From positions 96,001 through 160,000 of the forward strand of contig JBKHVI010000001.1 of the NCBI GenBank assembly GCA_046570105.1: DNA of 64,000 bases, in the 5' to 3' direction. The position numbers were made by a program, and so were the translations under genes. A model generated the notes under the pieces. It ran no database searches, was not told where the DNA came from, and was given only the letters and a program-made list of their open reading frames with translations. The stretch comes from Bacteriovoracia bacterium (GTDB taxonomy: Bacteria; Bdellovibrionota; Bacteriovoracia; Bacteriovoracales; Bacteriovoracaceae). This document shows, in pieces, positions 46,398 to 56,313 of the stretch; the stretch's first letter is position 1, and the number at the start of each line of letters is the position of its first letter.

Positions 46398-48906
46398 TGA
46401 TCTCCACCTTTCCCTCATCAGCATTGAGGATAATATGGGGAATTCCTCTCAATTGATTAACGGCACCTCTAATTCCTACAACAGTAGGTATTCCTAACTC
46501 TCGGCCAATTATGGCGGTGTGACTTAACAATGATCCCTTCTCAGAAATGAGGCCTCTGCATTGGGACATAATATAGACCCAAGCTGGGTCGGTGTGACGA
46601 GTGACAAGAATGCAATTGGAGAGATCTTCAATCTCAAGGGCTTCTTCTGGTGAATCTAAAACCAGTGGTCGGCCCTCAACTTTTCCTGGGGCTGCTGTTT
46701 GGCCAATTAACAAACCTTCAGACGGAGTGAGTTCAACCGATTTAAAGGGTGTCTCACCCACTGCAGTAACTAAGAATTCTGGAAATGGCCCTTGAGCCTC
46801 TTGCCAGCTTTTATTTTTTTCAAGCAAGTCTGCTAATTCGGAATTGGTAATTTTCCCTTCCGCAAATCTTTGGTACTCTTCGAGAGAAATGTTGAAATAG
46901 TCTCGCCACTTAAAAATCTGAAACGAAGGATAATCTTTGCGTAACTGTTCAGCTGCGTGGGCCAGCATTTCACGAATCACATTATAGAACTGACCACGCA
47001 ACAAACGCGTTTTTTCACGCCAGAAGATCGCTCGCTTCGTCACACTCCAACTTATCTTCCAAGCAAACTGCTTCGGGAGAGAGAAACTTTTCACATCAAA
47101 CTGTGTTTTTGCTGGTTGCTTAAGGCCGGCGCTCATAATTCTTCGACGCATGAAACGCAGCAGGCGATAAAAATCTTTAGGAGATTGCCTTAAAGTAGGA
47201 CTCTCTAATTTCAACTCTTCGAATGAACGTTCTCCGTACTGCTGAAGGAAACCTGCTAGCAATGCGGCTTCTTTCTTCCAGCCTTTCTGCTCTAGCTCGT
47301 TCCAGATGGGATGATAGACATCTCCCCACTCAGGGGCGGTTGAAACTGAAGCTTCAAGATGCGGCCAAAAATCTTCGGGGATTTGAGACATGACTTTTTC
47401 TAGAAGGGCGAGTGGCTTCAACGATTCTACTTCATCACCAGTTTTCAGCATTGGCGCGAGAACATCTTCACCAAGTCCTTTGGTTTTTAGCAACGCAGCT
47501 AAAGCCTTTACTCCAATCATCAAAACCACATCGTTGATAATGGTTAAGCCAAACCCCAAGGGCCGGGTCAGAGTTTGGTGCAAGAGTCGCAAGGTTTCTT
47601 CTGAGGTTGAAGAGCCCATCAACCGATCATGGAGAATCTTCTTCTGAGCTTCTAAGCTTTCAGCGAAACGATCTAAAACGCGTTGATGAGTGCAAATAAA
47701 GGCGAACAGTTTGAAAGCAGCTTTAAGTTGTTCGAAAATATTTGGAGGATTGAGGATCATGGGAACATCCATGCCATCTCTTTTTCCCCCAATCATCCGG
47801 TGCCAATTTTCAATATTCTTCTCACCGCCAGGTAGGGCAGCAATGACTGCATAATAATGTTCAAGATCGTAATAAAGATGATGGTTCACTTGCCCAATCA
47901 AGGACTGATAGTGAGGCATTAGTTTTTTCAAACGATCACTTGATGCACCCAAGATGATCGCCGACTCGGCAAAAACATTGCGATAAGCAATTTGCACAAA
48001 ACTAGTGGTTAATGGAGAAGTTACACCTGGGTACGACTCCGCAAGATTGGTATCTGTATATGATTTTAGCGGCGAGAATTCCTGAGTGATAGGTCGAACC
48101 TGTAAGAGATAGAGCATTTCTCCTTCAAAGGCGAACTCGATATCAACGGGATGCCGTAAACGCTTTTCAATTCTTAAAACTTCATGAACAATTTTCTGAC
48201 GCTCTTCCAGTGTTAAACTTGCACTGGCCTGTAAATGAGCTTCCACTGGAAATCCTGATGTGCCTGAACCATCTGGGCTTGAACCCAATCGAGTTGTTTT
48301 AATGCTTAACCGCTCATCCAACATTTCATTAAGACGCGAATATCTCCAATGATCTGTTTCAACCAGCCCCGAAACAACTCCCTCGCCCACTCCCCAAGAA
48401 GCATCAATTACGATATCGGCCGTGGGAATTATAGGTGAGCGCGAGAATGCGACTCCAGCTGCAATTGGGTCAAGCATCTTTTGGACAACAACGGCCATAT
48501 GTAATTCATCAGTAATTCCCTTCTCGCGGCAATATACTTTAACTCGGTCAGAGTTAAGTGCTACATATGCAGCTTGAATTTTTTCTTTGAGATCTTTTGT
48601 TGTCACATAAAGATACGTTTCAAATAAACCAGCAAAGCTCGCTGACTGACCATCCTCTCCTGTAACTGATGAGCGAACGGCGACCCAGCGGGCATCCCAT
48701 TTTTTTACTTCTTTCTCTATGGCCTGCCAGCACTCTTCTGGAAACTGACCTTGTGAGTTTGTCCATTGTGAAACAGCAGTTGGGATCACCAGAAAAGGTG
48801 GAACGTTAGCACCCAACTCAACTAGTTTTAAGAGTTGAGCACCTTTACCTCCGACGAGTGACTTTTCCGCGCGCGTTGGTGGAATTATCGGGAGTAGAGA
48901 GCTCAT
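46387..48906 (-). CDS. PEP-utilising-enzyme family phosphotransferase (rifampin phosphotransferase / PigC architecture), copy 1
   Basis: VGGKG, AVRSS..ED..SFAG, DIEFA, LQVRPIT; central helical domain; C-terminal GSLLSHTAIIGRELGIP; ATGA-coupled start at 48906. Confidence 0.9.
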   Translation of the reverse strand: MSSLLPIIPPTRAEKSLVGGKGAQLLKLVELGANVPPFLVIPTAVSQWTNSQGQFPEECWQAIEKEVKKWDARWVAVRSSVTGEDGQSASFAGLFETYLYVTTKDLKEKIQAAYVALNSDRVKVYCREKGITDELHMAVVVQKMLDPIAAGVAFSRSPIIPTADIVIDASWGVGEGVVSGLVETDHWRYSRLNEMLDERLSIKTTRLGSSPDGSGTSGFPVEAHLQASASLTLEERQKIVHEVLRIEKRLRHPVDIEFAFEGEMLYLLQVRPITQEFSPLKSYTDTNLAESYPGVTSPLTTSFVQIAYRNVFAESAIILGASSDRLKKLMPHYQSLIGQVNHHLYYDLEHYYAVIAALPGGEKNIENWHRMIGGKRDGMDVPMILNPPNIFEQLKAAFKLFAFICTHQRVLDRFAESLEAQKKILHDRLMGSSTSEETLRLLHQTLTRPLGFGLTIINDVVLMIGVKALAALLKTKGLGEDVLAPMLKTGDEVESLKPLALLEKVMSQIPEDFWPHLEASVSTAPEWGDVYHPIWNELEQKGWKKEAALLAGFLQQYGERSFEELKLESPTLRQSPKDFYRLLRFMRRRIMSAGLKQPAKTQFDVKSFSLPKQFAWKISWSVTKRAIFWREKTRLLRGQFYNVIREMLAHAAEQLRKDYPSFQIFKWRDYFNISLEEYQRFAEGKITNSELADLLEKNKSWQEAQGPFPEFLVTAVGETPFKSVELTPSEGLLIGQTAAPGKVEGRPLVLDSPEEALEIEDLSNCILVTRHTDPAWVYIMSQCRGLISEKGSLLSHTAIIGRELGIPTVVGIRGAVNQLRGIPHIILNADEGKVEISGN

Positions 48907-49784
48907 CCCCACCAGCCTGCCGTGATGAGAAAAAGTACCGTCCAGAGAATTTGATTTTCGGCCCAGAACTTTAAAGGCTTTTTTGTTTTGATTGTTCGCC
49001 AATAATTAAACACCGGCAGCATGAGTCCTAAGAATCCTAAAGCATAGATGATATTCCAAAGCAAATGGCAGCCCATGGCTTGAATCAAATAACTACCCGT
49101 GGCAAGTACGATCAGCTGAATGACTAAGGCCGCCAGGCTTGCTGGACGTGGGCCCCAGATTTTTGAATATGTGGTATAAGTGTTTTCTTCTTTAGGCATA
49201 CGAATTTTTCGACAGAGTTCCCAATTCGTCATCATCAATACCAGAGGGAGAATTGTATATATTTGCCATTGCTCAACGGCATATGAGGTTGTCTGATTAA
49301 CTGTTAACAAATACATGAAATGAAAAATAACGATTGGATGATGAGTCACTAAAGCTAAAGGGAGTGACGCCTTCATCTGCTCTTCTCTGAAAAACCACTT
49401 GAGCATCAAGAATGAATAAAGCAATGACCCCATCGCCATATACAGAACTTCTTCGGACCAAACTGAAACTGCTAAGGTGATAAAAACACAGAACCACCCT
49501 AAAACGAGTAGGTCTTTTTTGAGCACGCGTCCCGATGGTACTGGACGTTTCGGATAATTAATTTTGTCGTCTTCAAAATCTTTAAACTCATCTTTTACAC
49601 GCAATAGAAGTGAGAAGAAGCATAAGGCAACACATCCTAACAGCGTGTGCCACTGAAAAGGATGATAAGGTGAGCCGCCTAATCTCCATGCGACAGTGAG
49701 CACCATAAATCCAAGCGAAAATGTGCCAAACCAACTCGACAGAGGATACATTTCACGCAAATAAATAAATATCCGCTTCAGCAT
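48903..49784 (-). CDS. UbiA-family prenyltransferase-like membrane protein
   Basis: DEFKDFEDD...RPVPSG; polytopic. Confidence 0.8.
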   Translation of the reverse strand: MLKRIFIYLREMYPLSSWFGTFSLGFMVLTVAWRLGGSPYHPFQWHTLLGCVALCFFSLLLRVKDEFKDFEDDKINYPKRPVPSGRVLKKDLLVLGWFCVFITLAVSVWSEEVLYMAMGSLLYSFLMLKWFFREEQMKASLPLALVTHHPIVIFHFMYLLTVNQTTSYAVEQWQIYTILPLVLMMTNWELCRKIRMPKEENTYTTYSKIWGPRPASLAALVIQLIVLATGSYLIQAMGCHLLWNIIYALGFLGLMLPVFNYWRTIKTKKPLKFWAENQILWTVLFLITAGWWG

Positions 49785-49790
49785 AAGTTC

Positions 49791-50339
49791 CTACAATGGG
49801 TTCTTTCTTAAACCCAAGCTCCATAGCAAAACATTGATTAGTAAATGAATACCTGTACCGAGTAGAAATAGTGTCACCCATAAGGTGAAATTCCCCACTC
49901 CGCACAGCGCGTAGATCAAAACGCAACCTATGACTGAGTCGGCCTGATCAATCAGTGAGAATACCCACGGAGAACGCTCGGACATCTCACCAGGCTTAAC
50001 ACCCATTCTTCTTTTGATAAATGAATTAGGAAGCTCAGGTATCACGTAGCCAAAACCTAAGAGTATTCCTAATCCCCAGACGGAATGAGTTCCAAAAAGT
50101 GAAGACTGCCAATCTTTAGCCAAGAGAAATGAAAGCCACAATCCCACAACGGTCAAGAGCGGCATAACTACAACGCCACGCCATGTTTTATTCAGGCCAA
50201 ACCAAGTTTCATGCAGAGGGATTTTCAAGTAAGATAAAGCATCCAGTTTCACAATGATCATGTGAACGATCCCCGCTAAAACAAGCGGAAGGGTCATGAT
50301 GAGCGCATTCTGCCAAAAGAGTGCATCTGAAATGGACAT
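49791..50339 (-). CDS. CDP-archaeol synthase (CarS)-like cytidylyltransferase
   Basis: GLNKTWRG, ELPNSFIKRR, DQADS. Confidence 0.75.
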   Translation of the reverse strand: MSISDALFWQNALIMTLPLVLAGIVHMIIVKLDALSYLKIPLHETWFGLNKTWRGVVVMPLLTVVGLWLSFLLAKDWQSSLFGTHSVWGLGILLGFGYVIPELPNSFIKRRMGVKPGEMSERSPWVFSLIDQADSVIGCVLIYALCGVGNFTLWVTLFLLGTGIHLLINVLLWSLGLRKNPL

Positions 50340-50358
50340 GGTTCTATTATATGTGGAA

Positions 50359-51603
50359 GTGAGCAAAGTGAACGGAGAAAACCGCTATTTGGCTAAACTT
50401 GCTGTGAAGAACATCAACCGCAATCGCGGAAGAAGTTTTTTCATCGGACTTTCTGTCGCCATGTCGGTAGTTATGGCCGTATGGATTCTGGCTTTCTTTG
50501 ACGGTCTTAATCATCAAATTGAAAATGCGGTAGTTAAAGGGAACGTCGGACACTGGCAACTTCAAGAAAAAAATTACGGCCTCACGACTGACCCCACAAC
50601 TCCTGTTCCATGGGATATTCAATCACTCGATGGCTTCGATAAAAAAATAATTCAAGCTCAATCTCCAGAACTCGTGCTCGATGGGTACATCTCTGGCACC
50701 GAGGGCAATGCTGCTCTTCAAGTCGTGGGAGTCGACTTCAAACTTCATCAAGAGATGTTCAAGCTTGCAGACCACATAACTTCTGGTCATTGGCCTGTTC
50801 AAACTGAGCGTGGAATTGTTATCGGTCAAGAAGTAGCAGAGCAATTTCAATACGCCGTAGGTGACTCAATTGTTATCAATTTTCAAGATACCAAAGGTGA
50901 ACTTCGTAGCGAACTTTTGCCCGTTCTTGGCATTTATAATCACAACGGCCGCAGCTTTGAGCGTAAATACGCTTATGTCAGTGGCGATGTCGTCGAAGAG
51001 TTTCTATTTGGTTCTGCTGATCCAAAGTTTCTCATCCATCGTGTCGTTCTGATTACAAATGAATTAGCTCAGAGTGAGACAACAGTCGCTGCTGCGGCTA
51101 AAAAAACCGACCTCACCTATAGTTCTTGGAAACAGATCAACCCAGAAATGGGAGTTGTTCTTGATTTCCACGAAGGCCTGATACGTTTCTTTTTTGTTAT
51201 CATTGCCATTACTGTCACTGTAACCATTCTTACTCCTGTCAGCATGCTATGGCATGAACGACTGAGTGAAATTCGTATGATGTCCATTATTGGAGTTCCT
51301 AAGAAAAAAATCTGGCGTCTCGGGATGTTTGAAGCAGTGCTAATGACTTTTCTGGCTGCCACTACAGCTGCTTTTTTTATTCTTGTTATTGTGGGTTTGC
51401 ACACCAAAACAGGTATTGATTTTCGTGATATCTCCAACGGTCAAATCATGGAGCGTGCCGGCATCCAATTGCCACGTACAGTATTTCCTCGACTGTTACC
51501 CAAGCAGCTACTCGTCACGTATGGTTTTGTCATTTTGATCATCACGACCAGTTATGCTTTCGCAATTCGTGGCGTGCTTAAAAAAGCGGAGAACATCGCA
51601 TGA
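50359..51603 (+). CDS. LolC/E-MacB-family ABC permease
   Basis: KNINRNRGRS, large periplasmic domain, ERLSEI...IG; start uncertain (GTG 50353, 50359 or 50368). Confidence 0.8.
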   Translation: MSKVNGENRYLAKLAVKNINRNRGRSFFIGLSVAMSVVMAVWILAFFDGLNHQIENAVVKGNVGHWQLQEKNYGLTTDPTTPVPWDIQSLDGFDKKIIQAQSPELVLDGYISGTEGNAALQVVGVDFKLHQEMFKLADHITSGHWPVQTERGIVIGQEVAEQFQYAVGDSIVINFQDTKGELRSELLPVLGIYNHNGRSFERKYAYVSGDVVEEFLFGSADPKFLIHRVVLITNELAQSETTVAAAAKKTDLTYSSWKQINPEMGVVLDFHEGLIRFFFVIIAITVTVTILTPVSMLWHERLSEIRMMSIIGVPKKKIWRLGMFEAVLMTFLAATTAAFFILVIVGLHTKTGIDFRDISNGQIMERAGIQLPRTVFPRLLPKQLLVTYGFVILIITTSYAFAIRGVLKKAENIA

Positions 51604-52808
51604 GCCGCTGGTTATTTCTGATCAAATTCTCATGGCGCAATCTCGGCAGACAACCTTTGCGCACACTCATCATGGCACTGGGCCTTTGTTTTGGCACAGG
51701 CTATATTATTTTTGCCCTTAACTTCTCCGCCTCAGGCTCCAAAGAAATCGTCAACGATTTCCTCGCGCAATATACCGGTGATCATCAACTGGTCGCTCCT
51801 GGCTATTACCCAGATAATGACAAAAAGAAATTTGATCCACAAAAAACACTTCTTGAATCAAATTTTGAGAATTTTGATCGTACTCGCTACACTCAGCGAA
51901 TAACTTTGCCAGTTTTCCTCTCTACTCCTAAAAAAACCCAAGGCACTCTACTTACAGGCCTTGTGCCTTCGCAAGAATTGCGTCTTTCAAATGTCACAAA
52001 AGCTCTCTCGCAAGGCCGCTTCTTAAGTGACGAAGGTCGTAATGAATTGCTGCTTGGAGAAAAGCTGGCTCGCAAGATTGGAGTGACTTTGGGCGGAGAA
52101 GTCGCCGGTATCTCACAAGGCCTTGATGGTTCAACCGCAGTAGATTTATTTACCGTCGTTGGGTTGATGAATTTTGGTGGCGGTGACATGGAGGAGTATG
52201 TAGCCTTCACCTCACTGGCGAGCACGCAAGAGTTTGGTGTCTTTCCGCAAGGTGGATTTCATCAATGGGTGAGTTTTGGCACTTTTGAGTCAAAAGTTCC
52301 AAAAGCACCCGAGGGCACTGAGCTTGTTCCGTGGGATGTAATCCTGCCTGAAATTAACGGTTCGATTCGTTTCATCGATATTTTCACTTGGATCGTGGCC
52401 GTCATCATTGTGGTAGTGATTAGTCTTGGAATGGGTAACACCTTGATGATTACCTTTCTCGAACGGCAGAAAGAGTTTTACTCTCTGAACGTCATCGGCG
52501 CACGCTCTTCTTGGATTGCCGTTTCACTTGCTTTTGAAGTCCTCTTCTTAGGCATTATTGGCATTGGTACTGGGGTGATCTTAGGATTCTTAGTCACGAC
52601 CCTTTTCCACTACTACCCTATTAGCCTTAAACTCTTTACCGGTGGCAAAGCGATTATGATGGGTGGAATGGCCATCATTCCCAAGATTCGACTATCTCAC
52701 TATTCTCATTATTACTGGCAAGCACCACTCCTGGTGTTTAGCTTTTTGTCTTTGAGCCTCATCCTGCCGATTCATAGGATTATTCAAAGGAGCCGTCGTG
52801 CTGATTGA
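51600..52808 (+). CDS. LolC/E-MacB-family ABC permease
   Basis: WRNLGR, ERQKEF...IG; ATGA overlap. Confidence 0.85.
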   Translation: MSRWLFLIKFSWRNLGRQPLRTLIMALGLCFGTGYIIFALNFSASGSKEIVNDFLAQYTGDHQLVAPGYYPDNDKKKFDPQKTLLESNFENFDRTRYTQRITLPVFLSTPKKTQGTLLTGLVPSQELRLSNVTKALSQGRFLSDEGRNELLLGEKLARKIGVTLGGEVAGISQGLDGSTAVDLFTVVGLMNFGGGDMEEYVAFTSLASTQEFGVFPQGGFHQWVSFGTFESKVPKAPEGTELVPWDVILPEINGSIRFIDIFTWIVAVIIVVVISLGMGNTLMITFLERQKEFYSLNVIGARSSWIAVSLAFEVLFLGIIGIGTGVILGFLVTTLFHYYPISLKLFTGGKAIMMGGMAIIPKIRLSHYSHYYWQAPLLVFSFLSLSLILPIHRIIQRSRRAD

Positions 52809-53478
52809 AATGCAAAACCTCACTAAAACCTATGGTGAAGGCGATCAACTGGTTCATGCCACTCGAGGCGTGAATTTAGAAATCGTCGAAGGTGATTTTA
52901 TCGCGGTGGTAGGCCCATCTGGCTCAGGTAAAACGACTCTTCTGAACTTGCTCGCAGGCCTTATTGGACCCACCTCCGGAACAATTAAACACCGTAACAA
53001 AGAAATTCAGACTCTCTCTCTCGAAGAGAGAACAGCGCATCGTCTCGCCAACATGGGATTTGTTTTCCAAGACTACCAACTGCTTCCAGTTCTAACCGCG
53101 AGAGAAAATGTTGAACTACCTTTACAGATGCGTGGCGAGCCTCAAAATGAAATAAATCAAAAAACCAAATGGGCCCTTGAGCAAGTCGGTCTTGGCACCA
53201 TGATGAATCGCTATCCCAAGCAGCTCTCCGGTGGACAACAGCAGCGTGTCGCGATTGCTCGTGCCGTTGCCGGAAAACCATCACTTATCCTCGCCGATGA
53301 ACCTACCGCCAACCTTGATTCAAAAACCGCCCAAGATATCATTGATTTGTTTAAACGACTCAATCATGAATATAAACTGACATTTGTCTTCTCTACCCAT
53401 GATCCTCGTCTGATTGATCAGGTAAAGCGTGTGATAAGAATTAAAGATGGTCAGACTCAAGAAGGAAAAGAGCTATGA
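52798..53478 (+). CDS. LolD-like ABC ATPase
   Basis: [36 protein letters not shown]. Confidence 0.92.
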   Translation: MLIEMQNLTKTYGEGDQLVHATRGVNLEIVEGDFIAVVGPSGSGKTTLLNLLAGLIGPTSGTIKHRNKEIQTLSLEERTAHRLANMGFVFQDYQLLPVLTARENVELPLQMRGEPQNEINQKTKWALEQVGLGTMMNRYPKQLSGGQQQRVAIARAVAGKPSLILADEPTANLDSKTAQDIIDLFKRLNHEYKLTFVFSTHDPRLIDQVKRVIRIKDGQTQEGKEL

Positions 53479-54212
53479 AATTGAAAAAAGAAATTTTCTT
53501 TTGTGTCGCTGTTGGCGGTGCTCCGGTTAAGACAGCTGATCAGTGGCTTAAATACATGGAAGACCAAATGCGCGGAGATCAATCCAAAGCAGAACTCACC
53601 ATGTTGATCAAAACACCCAGCTGGGAGCGCCAGCTTGAAATTCGCTCCGACGTCAAAGGTAAAGACGAGGCATTGACCTTCATTGATGCTCCGGCAAAAG
53701 AAAAAGGCACCGGCACACTTCGTTTGGGCAACAACATGTGGAACTACTTTCCAAAACTCAAACGCAAAGTCACTGTCTCACCTTCCATGTTACTCGCTAA
53801 CTGGATGGGTTCAGACTTTACGAACGATGACCTTCTAAAAGCCTCGAGCATGTATGAAGACTACTCTCATACCTTCACTCCCGACCAAACTGTCGATGGT
53901 AAGACTTACAAAGTAATCAATAATCTTGCGAAGTCCGATGCCAAAGTAATCTGGCCTCGCATTGAAACGCTCGCCGACAAAAAAGATTGTCTCCCTCGTT
54001 TTCATCGTTATTACGATAAAAAAGGCGAACTTATTCGCACATTGGCACTTTCAGAAATAGCTACTTTTGATGGCCATAAAGTTCCCAAGCGTTGGGTGAT
54101 GACACCCCATAAGAAAGAAGGCCAACAAACTGAGATGATTTATAAGAAGCTCCAGTTTAAAGTCGACTTCAAATCAAGCCACTTTTCATTGCAAAACTTA
54201 ACAGGCAACTAG
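53475..54212 (+). CDS. LolA-like outer-membrane lipoprotein-sorting protein
   Basis: APAKEKGTGTL, MWNYFP, WMGSDFTNDDL, FSLQNL. Confidence 0.8.
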   Translation: MKLKKEIFFCVAVGGAPVKTADQWLKYMEDQMRGDQSKAELTMLIKTPSWERQLEIRSDVKGKDEALTFIDAPAKEKGTGTLRLGNNMWNYFPKLKRKVTVSPSMLLANWMGSDFTNDDLLKASSMYEDYSHTFTPDQTVDGKTYKVINNLAKSDAKVIWPRIETLADKKDCLPRFHRYYDKKGELIRTLALSEIATFDGHKVPKRWVMTPHKKEGQQTEMIYKKLQFKVDFKSSHFSLQNLTGN

Positions 54213-55424
54213 ATGTTCAAGCTGCTTATTTTATTTCTTCTGCCGATCTCCGCTTTCGCACTTCCTAAGTACGAGAAAGGTGATTTTAGCTTAGAAGTCT
54301 CTGGCAACGTTGAAGGACAAGCTCGCAAACTCTGGAATCCCACTTCAGCGAAACGTTTTCCCCTGCTGCAAGATTGGAAAGAGTCTGAATATCAAATGGG
54401 GATGGCGAACCTCAACATCAGAGCGGAATTTAAAGAGTCTCGTATTGAAGCTAATTGGTTTGGCCGAGTCGCCAACTCACCTCTCTACGGCGATGGTTTT
54501 GAAGCTCCTAAGCTGATCACATTTCCAAGAAAACTCGTAGCGCGAGATGTATTTCGCTTAGATTACTCACGCCAAGATGGTGACCAGCAAATCGATTCAG
54601 TACTTAACAAGTTTTACTACGAACTTGATGGTGAAGACTCGCGTTTTGCCTTTGGTCGTCTTTTCATCAACTACGGCGCCGGCGAAGTCTTTAATCCTGT
54701 TAATCCCTTCAATCAACCATTGGGCCTGGCGGCGCAAAGTAATATCGCTCAAGGTAATGATGGAATGAAGGCGAGCTTCTATCCCAGCGATCGTCTCAAT
54801 CTCAATTTCTATCTCTTAGGTAATAAACGCCAAGAAGATTACGAAAATCAAATCACACGAACATTATGGCTTCATGGTGATTACCGCATGGGCGATAGTC
54901 TTCAATTTGATTTTGTAATGGGTGAAGATCAGAAGAGAAACAAGATTGGTGGTCAAGTCAGCTATATCCTGGGCGAAGCCATGATCTTTGCACAGCTGCT
55001 TGAATCCTCTGCTTTTATCGATGGTAAATCGAGCCAGCAGATTAGCGATATTCTTCTTGGCTACGATCATCAATTCACCGCCGCGTGGCACTTTCGCCTT
55101 GAACTCGGTCATCAAGAGCGCGATCAAGTTTTACTCGAGGCTGACCCAGCGGCTCTAGGCGATCGTCTACTTCCTTACGAATACTTCATCGCCATCGCCC
55201 AAACCTATGAAGTCCATCCGCTGGTCAAAACCTCTGCGACTTTCATCCACGACTTCAAAACTCGCTATGTCTATGGTCTGGGCCGTGTCACCTGGTCTGT
55301 CTTTAACGATATCGAATGGGATTTCTTCGCCAATGTGCCGATTTATTGGATCGAAGATGAATCTAATCTCGTACAAAAGATTTTTCCGACTGAAGTGGGA
55401 ACGAGTCTGAGAGTCTTTTTCTAA
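54213..55424 (+). CDS. Outer-membrane beta-barrel-like protein of the ABC operon
   Basis: Signal peptide; GR..INYG.G.VFNP; C-terminal F. Confidence 0.7.
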   Translation: MFKLLILFLLPISAFALPKYEKGDFSLEVSGNVEGQARKLWNPTSAKRFPLLQDWKESEYQMGMANLNIRAEFKESRIEANWFGRVANSPLYGDGFEAPKLITFPRKLVARDVFRLDYSRQDGDQQIDSVLNKFYYELDGEDSRFAFGRLFINYGAGEVFNPVNPFNQPLGLAAQSNIAQGNDGMKASFYPSDRLNLNFYLLGNKRQEDYENQITRTLWLHGDYRMGDSLQFDFVMGEDQKRNKIGGQVSYILGEAMIFAQLLESSAFIDGKSSQQISDILLGYDHQFTAAWHFRLELGHQERDQVLLEADPAALGDRLLPYEYFIAIAQTYEVHPLVKTSATFIHDFKTRYVYGLGRVTWSVFNDIEWDFFANVPIYWIEDESNLVQKIFPTEVGTSLRVFF

Positions 55425-55431
55425 AAAAATC

Positions 55432-55761
55432 TTAGATATAGACCGCGATCTGTTGAGCCTCATCGTCTTCAATCACAAGACTAATCTTCACTTTCATGCC
55501 CATAGCTTTTGCATATTTAGCGAGTGTTGAAATTTTCATATCTTTACGACTTTCAATTTTCGAGACCTCAGGCTGAGTAAGCCCCTTAAGTTCAGTCTGA
55601 TTCAACCCAATAAACTCTCTTGCCATCTTTAGACGAAGTTCGCTCGCTCTGATTTGGCCTTTTTTAACCGCACGTTTGAAAGATTTGTCACCCATCGTTT
55701 TTTTGGCATGTGAAAAAAAATCGGGATTATATTTGCTAGCTTTTTTCTTCATAGTTCTCAT
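55432..55761 (-). CDS. XRE-HTH antitoxin (HigA-like)
   Basis: LTQPEVSKIESRKDMKISTLAKYAKAMG; downstream of the toxin; start inferred. Confidence 0.85.
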   Translation of the reverse strand: MRTMKKKASKYNPDFFSHAKKTMGDKSFKRAVKKGQIRASELRLKMAREFIGLNQTELKGLTQPEVSKIESRKDMKISTLAKYAKAMGMKVKISLVIEDDEAQQIAVYI

Positions 55762-55765
55762 CCTG

Positions 55766-56125
55766 TTAAGTTTTCGATCTATTTCCCAGGTAGCGTAAAT
55801 AAATCTTCTCACTCTGCTCAATCATCGTTTTGTAGAATTTCTTATCTCCACTGCTTGATTTATTCCCACCGATAAGAAGTACTCCATTTCGATTTGGATC
55901 AAATACATAAAAAATTCGTATAACCCTTTCTCTGCTATTGAATCGTAACTCTTTTAAATTAGAAATTACGCTGGCCCTAAGTGTATCTGCATAAGGTCTT
56001 CTGAGTTCAGGCCCTAGTTCTCTTAAAAGTTCCACATGCTCTAATATATCTTCCTGAAGCCGTTTATCTGATCCGTCAAACCAGTCTTGGAACTCTGGAG
56101 TTTGCACAATATTCCACACTCTCAT
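55766..56125 (-). CDS. RelE/HigB-family (Gp49-like) toxin
   Basis: LGPELRRPYADTL...NLKELR...RIFYVFDPNR..VLLIGGNK; start ATG 56125 or GTG 56119. Confidence 0.88.
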   Translation of the reverse strand: MRVWNIVQTPEFQDWFDGSDKRLQEDILEHVELLRELGPELRRPYADTLRASVISNLKELRFNSRERVIRIFYVFDPNRNGVLLIGGNKSSSGDKKFYKTMIEQSEKIYLRYLGNRSKT

Positions 56126-56141
56126 TATACCCCCAAAAGCA

Positions 56142-56159
56142 TATGCATTCAAATGCATA
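56142..56159. promoter_or_regulatory. Operator palindrome of the TA promoter
   Basis: TATGCATT-CA-AATGCATA just upstream of a minus-strand TATAAT (56129-56124). Confidence 0.6.
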
Positions 56160-56313
56160 CCAGAAACGGTCGCAAGCTGTGATAATGTCGTTAGTGAACG
56201 TCATAACCCACCACTTTTGAGCTTTTACGCTGGCATGCGGGAAGAAGCTCATTTTATTGGCAGAAAATGTGATTTTTTTCGATTAGGAAACTAATCTTTA
56301 GAAGTATTCATAC

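Noticed and set aside
56160..56313. Integron attC site next to the TA module
   Set aside because: TAAC/GTTA-like words are present but not in the order and pairing of an attC hairpin; no integrase in the window.
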